64,000 bases of DNA from an uncultured Verrucomicrobiae bacterium. GTDB taxonomy: Bacteria; Verrucomicrobiota; Verrucomicrobiia; Limisphaerales; Palsa-1400. The stretch is taken from contig CAVPOM010000007.1 in assembly GCA_963707025.1 (NCBI GenBank), positions 486,864 to 550,863 on the forward strand, given 5' to 3'. Of this stretch, positions 1-10,775 are shown piece after piece. How positions within the stretch are numbered: the stretch's first letter is position 1; every line of letters starts with the position of its first letter. The notes beneath the pieces are model-generated. The model did not search any database, had not been told where the DNA came from, and saw nothing but the letters and a program-made list of their open reading frames with translations. Made by a program: the position numbers and the translations under genes.

Positions 1-736
1 TATATATTGGTTTAGCGCGTTCGCATTGCGAAGATACCCCTCAAAAGAGGACTGAGCGCGCGTGGCGTCCCACTGTTGGCGCTGTTCAGGGTGGTCAAAT
101 GCTTCGGCCGTCGCGCTTGTGCGCGCCACGGTGACGAGAATCGGTTCCTTGGTTGAGTTGCTCTTGTCCGGGATGAGCCATATTTTGCCGTCCCGCTCAC
201 GAAGTTTCAAGAGGCGGGTTTGGACAGCGGATAACTTGCTGCTCCAAGCCTTCCATCTCTTTTCGGGCCTTCGCTTCCTGACGGGCATTGGATTCTGCTT
301 CCTGCGTTGTCCGTTGGACTGTTGCTTTCAGATCAGTCAGGCCAAGCGCGGCGTCTCGCGCTTGGAGGGCTGATGCGCTCTTTGGCATTTGTGCAGTGAT
401 GGCGCGATTGCTTTTTCTGCTCGATCCGTTAATCGTGAACGCAAACGTCGCAATGTCAGCCTCGATTTTTTCCAAGGCCGGGGCGGTTTCCGCAGCGGCA
501 AGCAATTCCCGCAACCGTTGGTTCTGAGCATCTGTTTCAAGTTGCTGGCGAAGTGATTCGTCAAGTTGTTGTTGAACCTCCCGGTCGGCCTTCGGATGGC
601 TTTTTGTGCTTGGTCGCCCAAGTCCGTGGCCAGCAACAAGCGTAATGAAGATGAGCATCCCACTGACGGCGGTAATAATGTCCGCAAATGCGAAGAAGCT
701 GATCTTGGAATCCAATGTTCTAAGCCGGGCGCTCAT
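1..736 (-). CDS. ExbD/TolR-like protein with long coiled-coil insert (frameshifted; runs off window start)
   Basis: ATG at 736 overlaps the upstream ExbB-like gene. N-terminal ISFFAFADIITAVSGMLIFITLLL is a TM with the ExbD/MotB-type Asp. Coiled coil follows. After frameshifts the frame continues ...KIWLIPDKSNSTKEPILVTV...LNQYI to position 1. Confidence 0.6.
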
Positions 737-1662
737 GATTTGTCTCGGTGGCAATTGGGGTGGTCGCGGATAGCTGGCGGTCAACCAACCGCAGCTTTGA
801 AACGATATGTGAATGGCAGTAATCGTTGCATTCGTCGAGAAAAGCCATTTCGCGCTTTTGTTGAAATGTAATCCCCAATTGCAGCATGAGCGTAAATGAA
901 AGTGCGATCAGGGTTGTCTCGAAGGCGGTGGACAAGGCCGCCGGTGACGCCCTGAAGTGAAGCTGCGGATCAGAGTCAAGATCGCCAGCCGCCTGTAGGG
1001 TGATGGTGAACCTTCCGATGGCTAAACTCAATCCCAGCACCGTGCCAATGAAACCAAGCACCGGAATGCCCCAAACCAAGCCATTGACCACGACATAGCT
1101 GGATGCAACTTGGTCTTCGTCGTTCTCTGCTTGTGCGCGTAAAATTGAGGACACGTCATTGACTTGGCCGATATTCTTGAAATTGGACAAGGCGCGATCA
1201 ATGCGATTGAGCAATATGAAATGACGCGGATTGTCAACCAGTGAATGGATGCGGGCCAGGACCGTGGCGGCTGTTGTTTCCGTGAGGATAAATTCGGGCT
1301 GAGCTGGAACTGCGGACAATTGCAGTGCTCGTTCCTGGAATTGTATCTTTCCTTCCTTTCAACGCGAGGATGGCGACGCCCCAAAAGAAAAAGACTGTTG
1401 CCGGAATCACAGCAAACTGATTAGTAGGACGCATGAACATAGTTGCGACCTTTGAGATAACCGGCAAGTGTATAAAGACGAATATCATTAGGGCGTAAAG
1501 AACGCCGGCGAGCAAAGCACCTATGAGAAAGGCGAAGCCATGATTAACGCTGGTGTAGCGAGCGCCTTTGAATCCGAAACGGTTTTCGACGTCGCTTTGC
1601 GTCCAAGCGAGGACATCCTGTTTTTCGTTGATCGTTTTTGGTGTGATTGGAAATTGTGCCAT
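720..1662 (-). CDS. MotA/TolQ/ExbB proton-channel family protein (one frameshift near 1320-1350)
   Basis: Joined ORFs 1234..1662 and 720..1319. Motifs WGIPVLGFIGTVLGL and LSTAFETTLIAL are typical of MotA/ExbB. Confidence 0.85.
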
Positions 1663-1681
1663 AATACTTACAGTAATTGAG

Positions 1682-2335
1682 TTAAAATCGAGTGAATCCT
1701 CCAGCGAAGAAAAAGAACGCGATGCCAACAATCCATAATAATGTGCCAATCCTCGCTATGGAAAGGCCCAGGCTGGTCTGGGAACGTCCGCTGGGGTCCA
1801 TTAGTCCAGTATCCATCTCACGAAGATCGGCACTGGCCATTGACCAAGCAGCGATACAGACTGGGGCACACACGAATAAACCAATCACGGCACAAGTGAC
1901 TATTAGACCCCCTCTATGGGACTTGATAGGAAAGGCGGGTGTTGGCCGGGCACGTTCGTCCGTTTGACGTTCGTAGATGGACTTTTCAAGTAAATCGTTT
2001 TTTCGCTTTTCCTCCGCGAGGGCGGCAGCACGTTGTTGCGCTTCCAGTTCTCGCGTTTGGCGTTCCTCGTCCTCACGTTCGCGGCGTTCCCGTTCTTCGC
2101 GCGCCCGCTCCATAACGTGGAGAGCCGCTTCCTGCTTGGCGACGTAGTCACGAATACTAATCCACCGACCGCTGTGCAAAATCTCGTGCAATAGGCCGAT
2201 TTCGTTGGTTGAAAGCTTCTTCTCGATCAACTTCGCCGAGTACGGACCTTCTTGCCTGCCGCGCCAACGCACAAGAAATGAAGGATTTTCTTCATCACCA
2301 GCTTGCACTTTGGATAACTCGGCAAAATTACTCAT
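1682..2335 (-). CDS. GYF_2-like domain + coiled coil + DUF4190-like two-TM C-terminus
   Basis: FLVRWRGRQEGPYS N-terminus; E/R-rich coil; HRGGLIVTCAVIGL...IAAWSMASADLREMDTGLMDPSGR...G membrane tail. Confidence 0.7.
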   Translation of the reverse strand: MSNFAELSKVQAGDEENPSFLVRWRGRQEGPYSAKLIEKKLSTNEIGLLHEILHSGRWISIRDYVAKQEAALHVMERAREERERREREDEERQTRELEAQQRAAALAEEKRKNDLLEKSIYERQTDERARPTPAFPIKSHRGGLIVTCAVIGLFVCAPVCIAAWSMASADLREMDTGLMDPSGRSQTSLGLSIARIGTLLWIVGIAFFFFAGGFTRF

Positions 2336-2345
2336 AATTAGCCCT

Positions 2346-3440
2346 TCAATTTGCCGCATCAATCAGAACGATTTGATACTTTTCGCCTAGTTTCTTGCCA
2401 AGCTGTGATCTCTCACGGCTCAATCCTTGGTAGGTTTCGCTTGAGTTTTGTAGGGCTGCGGAGTATTTTAAAAGAACGTCTTTGTCACTAATAGTGGCCT
2501 GCCCAGCAACAGATCCAGCGAGCCTGCCAAAGAATTGACCAAGCTGCATTCCCGATTCTACAGTTACGTTGCTTTCTTTTTGGGAAGAAAGAATCGCACC
2601 AAGGGCCGTTCCAAATAATTGCCCGATGTTAGCTATATCATTTCTACCAGACTCGCTCTCTTGAAGCTCTTTGTTGACGCTTTCAAAGACTGTCCGCGCA
2701 GCTTTTGCTGCATCAACACGCTTCAATATGTAGCTTTTCAGTTCGGGATCGGCATCATCTACATCAAGTTGCGAATAGCCTAACGCGATGCGAGCAAAAT
2801 ATGTTACCGGATCGGGATTGTCAGACGCGGCCTGAAATTCAACCAATTGCATTTGTTTCCATGCCTTTTCTGTTGCGTCCTTCATGTTGACGTCAACTCT
2901 TTGCTTGTTGTATTCAGCTTGAAGTCTGATGTTTTCCTTGGCCATTGCAGATTCCATGTCTGTTTTGTGTATGGCGGTGATGCAGTAATTCACAAGCCAC
3001 ACGCTTACACAAATGGCAGCAAGAACAATTAAGCCGCTAATAAGCCGTCTAGTAAGGCGAGAATCAAATATCGGCCCTCTCGAAACATCTCTTGGTCGAG
3101 GTGCGTTTTGAACCTTATCCGCAAAGGCGGCTGATTGCTGCTGAGCCTTGATTTCCCGTGCCTTACGGAGAGCCTCATCTCGCTCGCGACGTTCCTGCTC
3201 TTCACATGCACGTTGATGGAGCCGACGATTTGCTTCCTGGCTGGCGAGGTAGTCACGAATGGTCATCCATTCGCCGTTATGCAGAATCTCATGTAACAGG
3301 CCAATTTCATTGGCTGACAGCTTATCCTCGATCAACCCCGTCGAGTAAGGGCCTTCCTGTCTGCCGTGCCAACGCACTAGAAACGTGGCACTTTGCCCGC
3401 CGGTGAAGGCGACCTTTGATGGCTCACCTCGGCTGCTCAT
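2346..3440 (-). CDS. GYF_2-like domain membrane protein with helical extracytoplasmic region
   Basis: FLVRWHGRQEGPYS, paralogous to 1682..2335; single TM LISGLIVLAAICVSVWLV; ATGA overlap with upstream gene at 3437-3440. Confidence 0.7.
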   Translation of the reverse strand: MSSRGEPSKVAFTGGQSATFLVRWHGRQEGPYSTGLIEDKLSANEIGLLHEILHNGEWMTIRDYLASQEANRRLHQRACEEQERRERDEALRKAREIKAQQQSAAFADKVQNAPRPRDVSRGPIFDSRLTRRLISGLIVLAAICVSVWLVNYCITAIHKTDMESAMAKENIRLQAEYNKQRVDVNMKDATEKAWKQMQLVEFQAASDNPDPVTYFARIALGYSQLDVDDADPELKSYILKRVDAAKAARTVFESVNKELQESESGRNDIANIGQLFGTALGAILSSQKESNVTVESGMQLGQFFGRLAGSVAGQATISDKDVLLKYSAALQNSSETYQGLSRERSQLGKKLGEKYQIVLIDAAN

Positions 3441-6424
3441 GGCGATTGGTTTGGCATTAGTTGAAAGAGTGGTGGCAATACACTTCGGAAACAAGGGTCG
3501 GTGGCTTTTACACCAGCCTGAGAGAAATACTCGCTACGGGGACTTGCCAAGACGAACATCGGTGAGAGCGGCATGGCGGCTTCACGGAGCATCGTATCTG
3601 TCCCAATGTTGAATTCCAACAAAACCGGCTGCTGTAGGGCAGCACTGTATCCCCATAATTCAATCGCAGGAGGGTTTTGTATAAAATTGGGTTTGCCATT
3701 CAAGTCAACGAAGCCAACATAGGCAAGCCCATTCTTAGAAACCGCTTGCGCCAGTGTCAGTAAACCGACCGCCTGTTTCACGTAAGAAACCGACTTAGTC
3801 GAACTGAAGAACTGTTCCACCTTTGCCCCATAGGAACTGGCCTTTGCGTCAACAAACCAGTCTCCGCTATTCAGTTGATCGCCTAAAGTCTTTTTGAGTT
3901 GGGCCTCATCCATGCTGACTGCCGGGCAAAACGTGAGTCCCCACGCATCTGGTTGTAGTCGCATAAAATCAATTAACTTGGTGAATAACCATGCCCGAAA
4001 AATGGGTGAACCTTCGATGCGAATCTTTGATCGCATCCAAGACGCCAAGCATCGGCTTGGCATAAGAGTCGTTGCCATGCACTACGTTTCTGCAAGCCAC
4101 AGGAATAGAAACACTCGGTATCCTTCATATCTCCAAGGTCAATGAGGCGATAGACCAATGCCGTCGGCGACAATCTACATTTCCCATCGAAATATCCATA
4201 GCTGTGGTCGGTAAACACGGCGCTGGACGAATACGACGAAGGTTCCCACGCTTTGATTTGTTTCCAACCTCCAGTATCGTTGAGTACGCCAGCCGTAATC
4301 CATTCGACATTTCTTGCTCCATCGGCGTCAAGTTGGAACCGATAATGCGAATGAGTAGTGCCAACAGCCGGGTCATCATTCAATTGCTGGAAAAGCGTCC
4401 GCTCGGCTGGCATCATTACTTCGGGAACAAAGTCTGAATTTTGTGCCTTCTGGATGTAAGACCAAGTACTCGCGTTTGTCGCTCCAAGCAAAGCGCGCAA
4501 AATCGCTTCCTCGATTAGGATTCAGCGATTGGATCAGCGGACGCCGCCTTGACATTGGATGAAGTCGAGAATTCCGACGAAGCGACTAGAGCGATGCCTT
4601 CCGAAAACTCTTTTGTCGTGTGGGCTTTTTGCAATGCCGCCATGCCATCAGTTATCTTGCGAAGCTCCTGGTCGTATGCGTTGAATTTTTCATGGACAAT
4701 GGCGGAACGTTGGAGAAGGTCAGCCCGCAATGCCAGGTAGTTTGTGAGGCCGGACTCGCATTCGCCAATTTTTTGCACGAGGCTGGAAAGAGCGGCAATT
4801 TGCGCCGTCGATTTTTCCAAAGACGCCCGATAGTCAAGTTGATCGGACTGCTTTTCCGCTTCCGTGATCCATTGATTCAACGAATCATTTACGGTCGAAC
4901 TGCTATCGGCGAGATATTTTTGCCACTGCTTCTCAAATGTTTGCAAACGCGGCTCATTTTCGCCCCGAACATCCGGGGCAAGCGCGTTCAAGGCATTACG
5001 GGCCGACACGAGTTCACCGGAAAGCTCGGCCAGACGGGCACTGTTAGGTTCTCCGCCGAGTTGTTGTGGCAATTTGGCGAAAGCGGTCTCAAATCCCGCC
5101 AACATGGCATGTTCCCGGCCAACAAAGCTTTCAGCATCGGCGACCGCGCTATTGAGCCGCGCCGACGATAGCAAAGCTCTGCTCCTGTGTGTCGCAGTCG
5201 TTCAATCAATTTTTCGGCGGTATGACATTGCCGCTGAACGATGGCGGTTTGAAGCTGCCCGGCAAAATCGCGAGCCTTCATCTGTCGGCTGACAAGCCAT
5301 GCCAGCGATCCCCCAACAACCAGGACAGCGACGACAGCGGAAATGATAATCCGGTGCTGAATGGTTGTTCTCCTTGCAATTTCTCCTTCAAGCAAGGCGG
5401 AACGCTTGCGAAAGCCTGCCGTGGCCTCTTCTGGAATTGGATGAGTAAATCCCTCCAATGAGCGCCAAACTTTGTGCAACGCCTCATAGTCATCTCGAAG
5501 TTCCGGGAGTTTAACATACCGGGCAGACGTATCTTTTTCTTCGCTCTGGACAATCCGATAACGCAACTCAGCGAGACAAGATTGAAACTCGCGTTCCTTT
5601 TTGGCCTTTGCCTGTTCCGCGCGTGCCCACGAGTCCAAGAAGGTCAAGTTGTTTCTCTGAGTCTGCCGACAAATCCAGTTTAAATCGTCTTGCAGTTTGT
5701 GAATGAAATCAAGTTTGGCCAGTCCGTCCATCCACTTGGACGAATCTTTATGCGCGGAAACTTCCTCAAGCAAACTATCGCAGCGAATAATCTGCGCCTT
5801 TCGCCAAATGTCCCCTCCTGGCTGATTTTTGAAACCGAAGTTTTCGATTTTCTCTATCTCTGCCACGACCGGCAGCCGTGTCTCTCCGTTCCAATAAATT
5901 GCCAAGATATTCCAACCTCGCGGCAAGCACTTTGGAGTCAAGCCTCTCTAACTCCGACGCCGCGTTCGCGTCTGTAGGATTGAGGCGCGTGATGCTTTGA
6001 AGGGCCTTCAAGGCATCCTCATAATTGCGGCCGAGAACAGCATCACGATAAGCTGCGTAGAGAGGATGATCGGTGGTGATGCCTTGCGCGTAACATTCGT
6101 TCAACGCGCCTACGGATGCGAGCATCAATTCTGTCGGCGGCGGAGAGAGAATTTTGCTGGCAATATCCCCGCCAATTATCTGATGCCGCTGAATTCCAGC
6201 ACCGTCACCATGTCGAGGAGATTGGGCGCGGTTTCCGCCAATTGAATGGCCTGCTGGCGATCTCCAGCTTTAATCATCGCCTCGCATTGTTGAAGGCGAA
6301 GATTGACCGCATGACAGGCGGCGGCGAAATCCTCAGCCAACTTGGGCGCAATGGCCGAATTGCCTTCCTGCTTCAGCAACTCTGAAATTTTGCGGACAAG
6401 ACGTTCGGTTTCTAAAAGTGTCAT
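3437..6424 (-). CDS. Large (~990 aa) helical/coiled-coil single-TM protein of the GTPase operon (several frameshifts)
   Basis: Consecutive overlapping minus-strand ORFs 6176..6424, 5775..6128, 4988..5941, 4515..5174, 3973..4500 and 3437..4078 join into one reading. TM IIISAVVAVLVVGGSLAWLV. Confidence 0.65.
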
Positions 6425-6431
6425 AGGGGCA

Positions 6432-8583
6432 TCACTCCGCTGGATAGAATTGTGCTCTGGTCTGATTAGTGCCAGCGGGGAATATTGCGTAGCCTGCCAG
6501 CGGCTTACTCACTGTTAACGGAAAGGAAATAGCTTTGGTTGTCCGGACCGGGGTGGAACCTTTTGGAGTAATCCAGGAGGCCGTTACATTTCCACCCGCA
6601 GAAAAACCAAAACATAGCGTCAGACCCTTGACGTTTGATGGCGACGGTTTGTTCATCGGATATGGCGTAGTTTTTCCTCCATTATATGTCCAGCACTGAA
6701 CCTGATTATTGGAGACGCCGATGAAGAGATATGGCGCATCGTTGCTTGTTGATTGCCGCACCAATATTCCTGCCGCTCCTGATACACTCCAGTTTGTCAG
6801 TAGAGTCCTGAATTCGTGCGTATCATTGTTCGTATATACAAAGAAGAAATTCGTCGCTTCCAATGAACTGTCCGCAGCAGTCGCGTGCAGGTCGAACCAA
6901 AAATGTTCCTTTATGTATTCTGCGGATGGGTGGGTGACCGTTCCATTTGTAATCTTTGTCCATCCGGGAGGCCATTGCGAAATCGTGTCGCGCAGTTCGC
7001 TTGAATTACCAGTTTGAGGCGGACCCATGCCAGTGCTTTGCGAAAGCTCGGTCGCAACAGGCTCCGCAGAATTTTTATTCACCACGGCGTTAGAACTCGT
7101 GACCACGGCAGCCACATTCCTGACGATAACGGAATACGTGCCAGCATTGCTCACATAAATCGATATATTAGTCTCGCCATCAATATTCGCTCCGTTAAGT
7201 TGCCATTGATAGTTCAGCGGCAAAGAACTGGAAGCACTGACGGAAAGGTTGCATCTGCCGGATGATGGGATAGTCGTCTGAGCCGTCGGCTGATTCACAA
7301 TTGTCGGTCCAAACCATTTGCCTCGGAAAAAAACTATTGCCGCTACGATGATTCCAACCATCGCGATAGCAAGAGGAACAATTAAACTGTTTGCAAAACG
7401 ACGTTTTGGGATCAGCGGTGTGTCTGGATTTTCCCATGATCTTAATTGGGGATCGGCTACGATTCGAGGCCGGACAAGAGTGGCTGGCCTGGATAGAGGC
7501 TCTGCTTTTATTTCAACCGCCAATGTGACCCTAGAACTAACAGTTTCCCCAGCGGAATTCCAGGCACGTAACACATAATGCGTCACCCCTCGTCCAGCGT
7601 TTTTGATTGTAAGTTGTGAATTTGTTTCACCTTCGATTGCTTTTCCCTCATTTGAACGATCCACAACATACCATTGGTAAGAGGGATTTGGGATTCCCTC
7701 AGCTCTCGCTTGGAAGAGAGCCTCTTGGCCTTCGATAATTTGAATATCCTTGGGTGGGACCACAAATTCCGGCGCTTTTCTGCCGTCATGTGCGAAGGCT
7801 TTTTCTTCAGCAGTCGATTTCGTGGCGCGCACGGTGGAAAGCTCGCGGCAATCGGGCGCAGCAAGGCGATTTGCCGCTGGATTGTCGGAATGAATACAAC
7901 GCCATCGAAAATCTGCTGGGTTGTCTTGCTCCTGCATGGAGGTCGTGAACGTGTATTGCAATGCGGCGGCGCGAAAGTCCCGGCGGGCGTCTCTTACTTC
8001 CAGGAGTTCGATACTTTCAGCAAATAATCCCAAAACCGTTTCGTTCGTCTGGTCATCTACGCGAAAGGTCGCTCCCGCGCGCGCTTCCAACAGACCATAG
8101 CCGTTCACGGCATCGCCGGTTACACGCTGCCAGGTTCGTGCGGGCACTGAGCATTTGCATGCCGAGAGAAGCCAGGGCAGACCAATCTTCGTTCTCCAAC
8201 AAGGCGGGTTCTCGTGTCCACGATTTCACCCAACCTGGCCAATCGCGCAGAATTATAGGAGGCGTGGGGAACTGGCGGAATTCTTCGGCTGCGAGAAGCC
8301 AGATGATGCGCGATAAAGTTGGTGCGCCCTGTGAAATCCAGGCCCGCATCCTGAATCCGGCTCAAGACATGAAATCGGGACCCCCGAATATCAACGATCC
8401 GGTAGGCGAAAATCGGCCGTTCCTTGCCCGCCACTGAGCGACAGGTGCTGGTAATAACTCAATTGCTCTAAACGAAGCATGAGTGCGTTCCCGCATCGTG
8501 GCGCTTCGCGCAACGGTGCAGTGGCCTGAACGCCCGGCAACCAGTCCCCGTGGCGCGCTGGTGTAGATGAGTTGTTGTGGCAT
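6432..8583 (-). CDS. GAP1-N2 (GTPase-associated protein 1)-like domain fused to Ig-like domains and a TM (frameshifted at 5' end)
   Basis: N-terminus MPQQLIYTSAPRGLVAGRSGHCTVARS...AGLDFTGRTNFIAHHL matches the GAP1-N2 pattern. Ig I-set motifs GIPNPSYQWY and LPLNYQWQLNG...AGTYSVIVRN lie either side of TM LIVPLAIAMVGIIVAAIVFF. Confidence 0.75.
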
Positions 8584-8603
8584 GGCGGGACTCGGTGAAT
8601 TGT

Positions 8604-9999
8604 TCAGAGTTTCAAGTGGGGCCTTTTGATGGAATTGGCGAATAACGCGGGACAGACATGTGACAGAATCCAAAGCAGCGGAACCTCGACGAAGGCTGGC
8701 TGGAGTTTGGCCGGGTCGGGGACATATTCTCCCGGTCCAATCTTAACAGGAGTATGGCCAAACGAACTGGCTGCAAAGAAAGTGACATTTTGGCTCAAAG
8801 CCTCAGCGTTGGCCACCACTGCTGGACATAGATGATACAAAAGTTCCCGAACTTGCGCGGAGTTTTCCTCGACCTCGGCCATGTCGAGCTTTCCATCTCG
8901 AATCGGGCTTTGTGGCGGCTTTCCGTTGAGCAAATGCAGCCACACGTCGCACTTGCCAACGACAAAAGCAACAGGCGTCTCGATGGTTTCGCCGGAACGC
9001 AAATTGCGGATCATCTGAATGCGCGCCCGCATCTCGGCCAGGATGATGTCCTGTTGATCCACGACCGGCTTTTCGATTTGAGGGTCCTTCGTATCCCGGA
9101 GATTGCGGCGAAACTCAGGGCTGTTGAACGGGTCGAAAAGATACAGGATTCCAGCGGCTGAAGCCGACATGCTGTGCGCCGGGCTGCTCCACTATATTGA
9201 CTCCGGGTTGGAAATGCTCTCCAGCATTATCGTAAAAAATAACCGCGCATCGGTCGTCAGGATTCTCCTCGGGAGACAAGGTGTAAACAAACGGGCGTGG
9301 CAGGGCCACCATTCTGCCCTGCCTCGGCAACCGTTCGTACATGGCCCCCTCAAATACCGTTTTGGCCAATTTTGCCTGTGCGGGGGTTTGAGCGCCAAAC
9401 AACGCTTTCCGCATATCATTAACCGGCGCATTGCCGGTCGGGTCGCTGTCCTGGAAAACGATGCCAAACTCACGATACAATGTTGCTGGCAGAACCTTGG
9501 TCAGGACGCTCAGATAATATGATTTGCCTGCGCTTTGGTCTCCCACGAGGGAAATGATGTGGTGGGGCATGTCAAGGAAACTTGGGGGCAATTTCCTGCG
9601 GCAGTGTGGACAGGCGATTTCGTGAGCAGGGCAAACCCATTGCGTCGAGCGCCTGATCTGCATTGTTGAAGCGGGTCGCCAGAAAACGTTGCTGGGCATC
9701 TTCGCCGAGAACCGGGTCGCCACGAAGGGAATCATGCACCGCGATGTGCATGATGTTGCCCTTGTCAAAACGCAGCCAGCAGACGGGACAGGTCAATTCG
9801 CCGTTTGGATTGGGATCGGCAAACGCCGGGTCTCTGCTCGGTGCTGCTAAAGTTTCAGGTTGTGTGTCCTGGACGGCATTGTCGGCTGGGGGACTGAAAA
9901 CTCAGTTCCACAATGCGGACAATCAACCAGCCTTCCGGCGATTTCTTCATCCGCCTTGAGCCTTTGACTGCAAGATGGGCACAAAAAGTGAAATTCCAT
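8604..9999 (-). CDS. TRAFAC-clade double-GTPase (DO-GTPase2-like) with N-terminal Zn ribbons (about 3 frameshifts)
   Basis: ATG at 9999 reads MEFHFLCPSC...CPHCG, then TCPVCW, ACPHCRRKLP, Walker A IISLVGDQSAGKSYYL, G3 FYDNAGEHF and G4-like VVGKCD. Confidence 0.8.
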
Positions 10000-10190
10000 A
10001 ATCCGTTTGCAAGCCGTTTGTCACAAATATGATGGACAAACGAGCGTGAAAGCGCAATGCCAATAGGGCGAAGGCGCAGTTATTCTTGGCTTGTCTCGGT
10101 TGACTTGGCCTCGCCAGCGATTCCACTCTTAGCGTAAGCTTGAGCACGATGTAAAGCCTCGTGTTTTAAGGCGATGGTTTTCGAGAGGAT

Positions 10191-10439
10191 TTGGGAATGC
10201 CTTCGCGCAAACCCAAGAAATGTCCTCACCGAACTCGATTCGGGAAGAATATTGCGGCTTTGCGCGGTCGGCGTACATTGACTCAGGAAAAACTTGCAGA
10301 AAAAGTGGGCGCGAGTGCGCGCTACATTCAAAGCGTTGAAGCCGGGGAATATTTTCCAAGCCTGCCGACGCTGGTGCGTTTACGCGCCGCACTTCGGTGT
10401 CAGTGGGAGGAACTATTTGACGGTTGCGATAAGCCATAG
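10191..10439 (+). CDS. XRE-family HTH transcriptional regulator, divergent from the GTPase operon
   Basis: FGKNIAALRGRRTLTQEKLAEKVGASARYIQSVEAGEYFPSLPTL. Confidence 0.9.
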   Translation: MGMPSRKPKKCPHRTRFGKNIAALRGRRTLTQEKLAEKVGASARYIQSVEAGEYFPSLPTLVRLRAALRCQWEELFDGCDKP

Positions 10440-10490
10440 AGGCACCGAACAGGACCAAAGTGAATCTGCTAAAAGATAGTCACTTTTTTG

Positions 10491-10631
10491 GAGATCAATC
10501 TGACGATTCTTGAAAAACGTCTGACGATTATCTGACAATTCCTCCCACTCGATTCAAAATCGGTGGGACATGCGAGGCCGGGCAGGGCAAGCCCCTTCTT
10601 TATAGGGCAAGTTGACGATTCGTTGACAATT
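10491..10631 (+). repeat. TGAC(G/A)ATT octamer array, site 1
   Basis: Copies at 10501, 10522, 10533, 10613 and 10624. Confidence 0.7.
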
Positions 10632-10714
10632 TGCTTGGCGGGATTGGGACAGGTTTTCCTGGCGCGGCCCGACTTCATTGTGCGGAATCTTCGAGGCGTT
10701 CATGGTGCATTTTT

Positions 10715-10774
10715 GCGGCTCATTACCGGCTCTAGCGGCTCACCAGCGGCTCATTACCGGCTCTAGCGGCTCAC
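10715..10774. repeat. 31-bp tandem duplication built from CGGCTC subunits
   Basis: GCGGCTCATTACCGGCTCTAGCGGCTCAC at 10715 and 10746. Confidence 0.85.
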
Positions 10775-10775
10775 G

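Noticed and set aside
720..1662. Canonical Zorya or flagellar motAB
   Set aside because: No long ZorA tail, no OmpA-domain partner visible, and no zorC/D/E or flagellar genes in the window.
1..9999. Operon-wide pseudogenisation or programmed frameshifting
   Set aside because: The breaks I traced are single-base indels, often in short homopolymers, with motifs intact across them. Sequencing error is more likely, though reads are needed to confirm.
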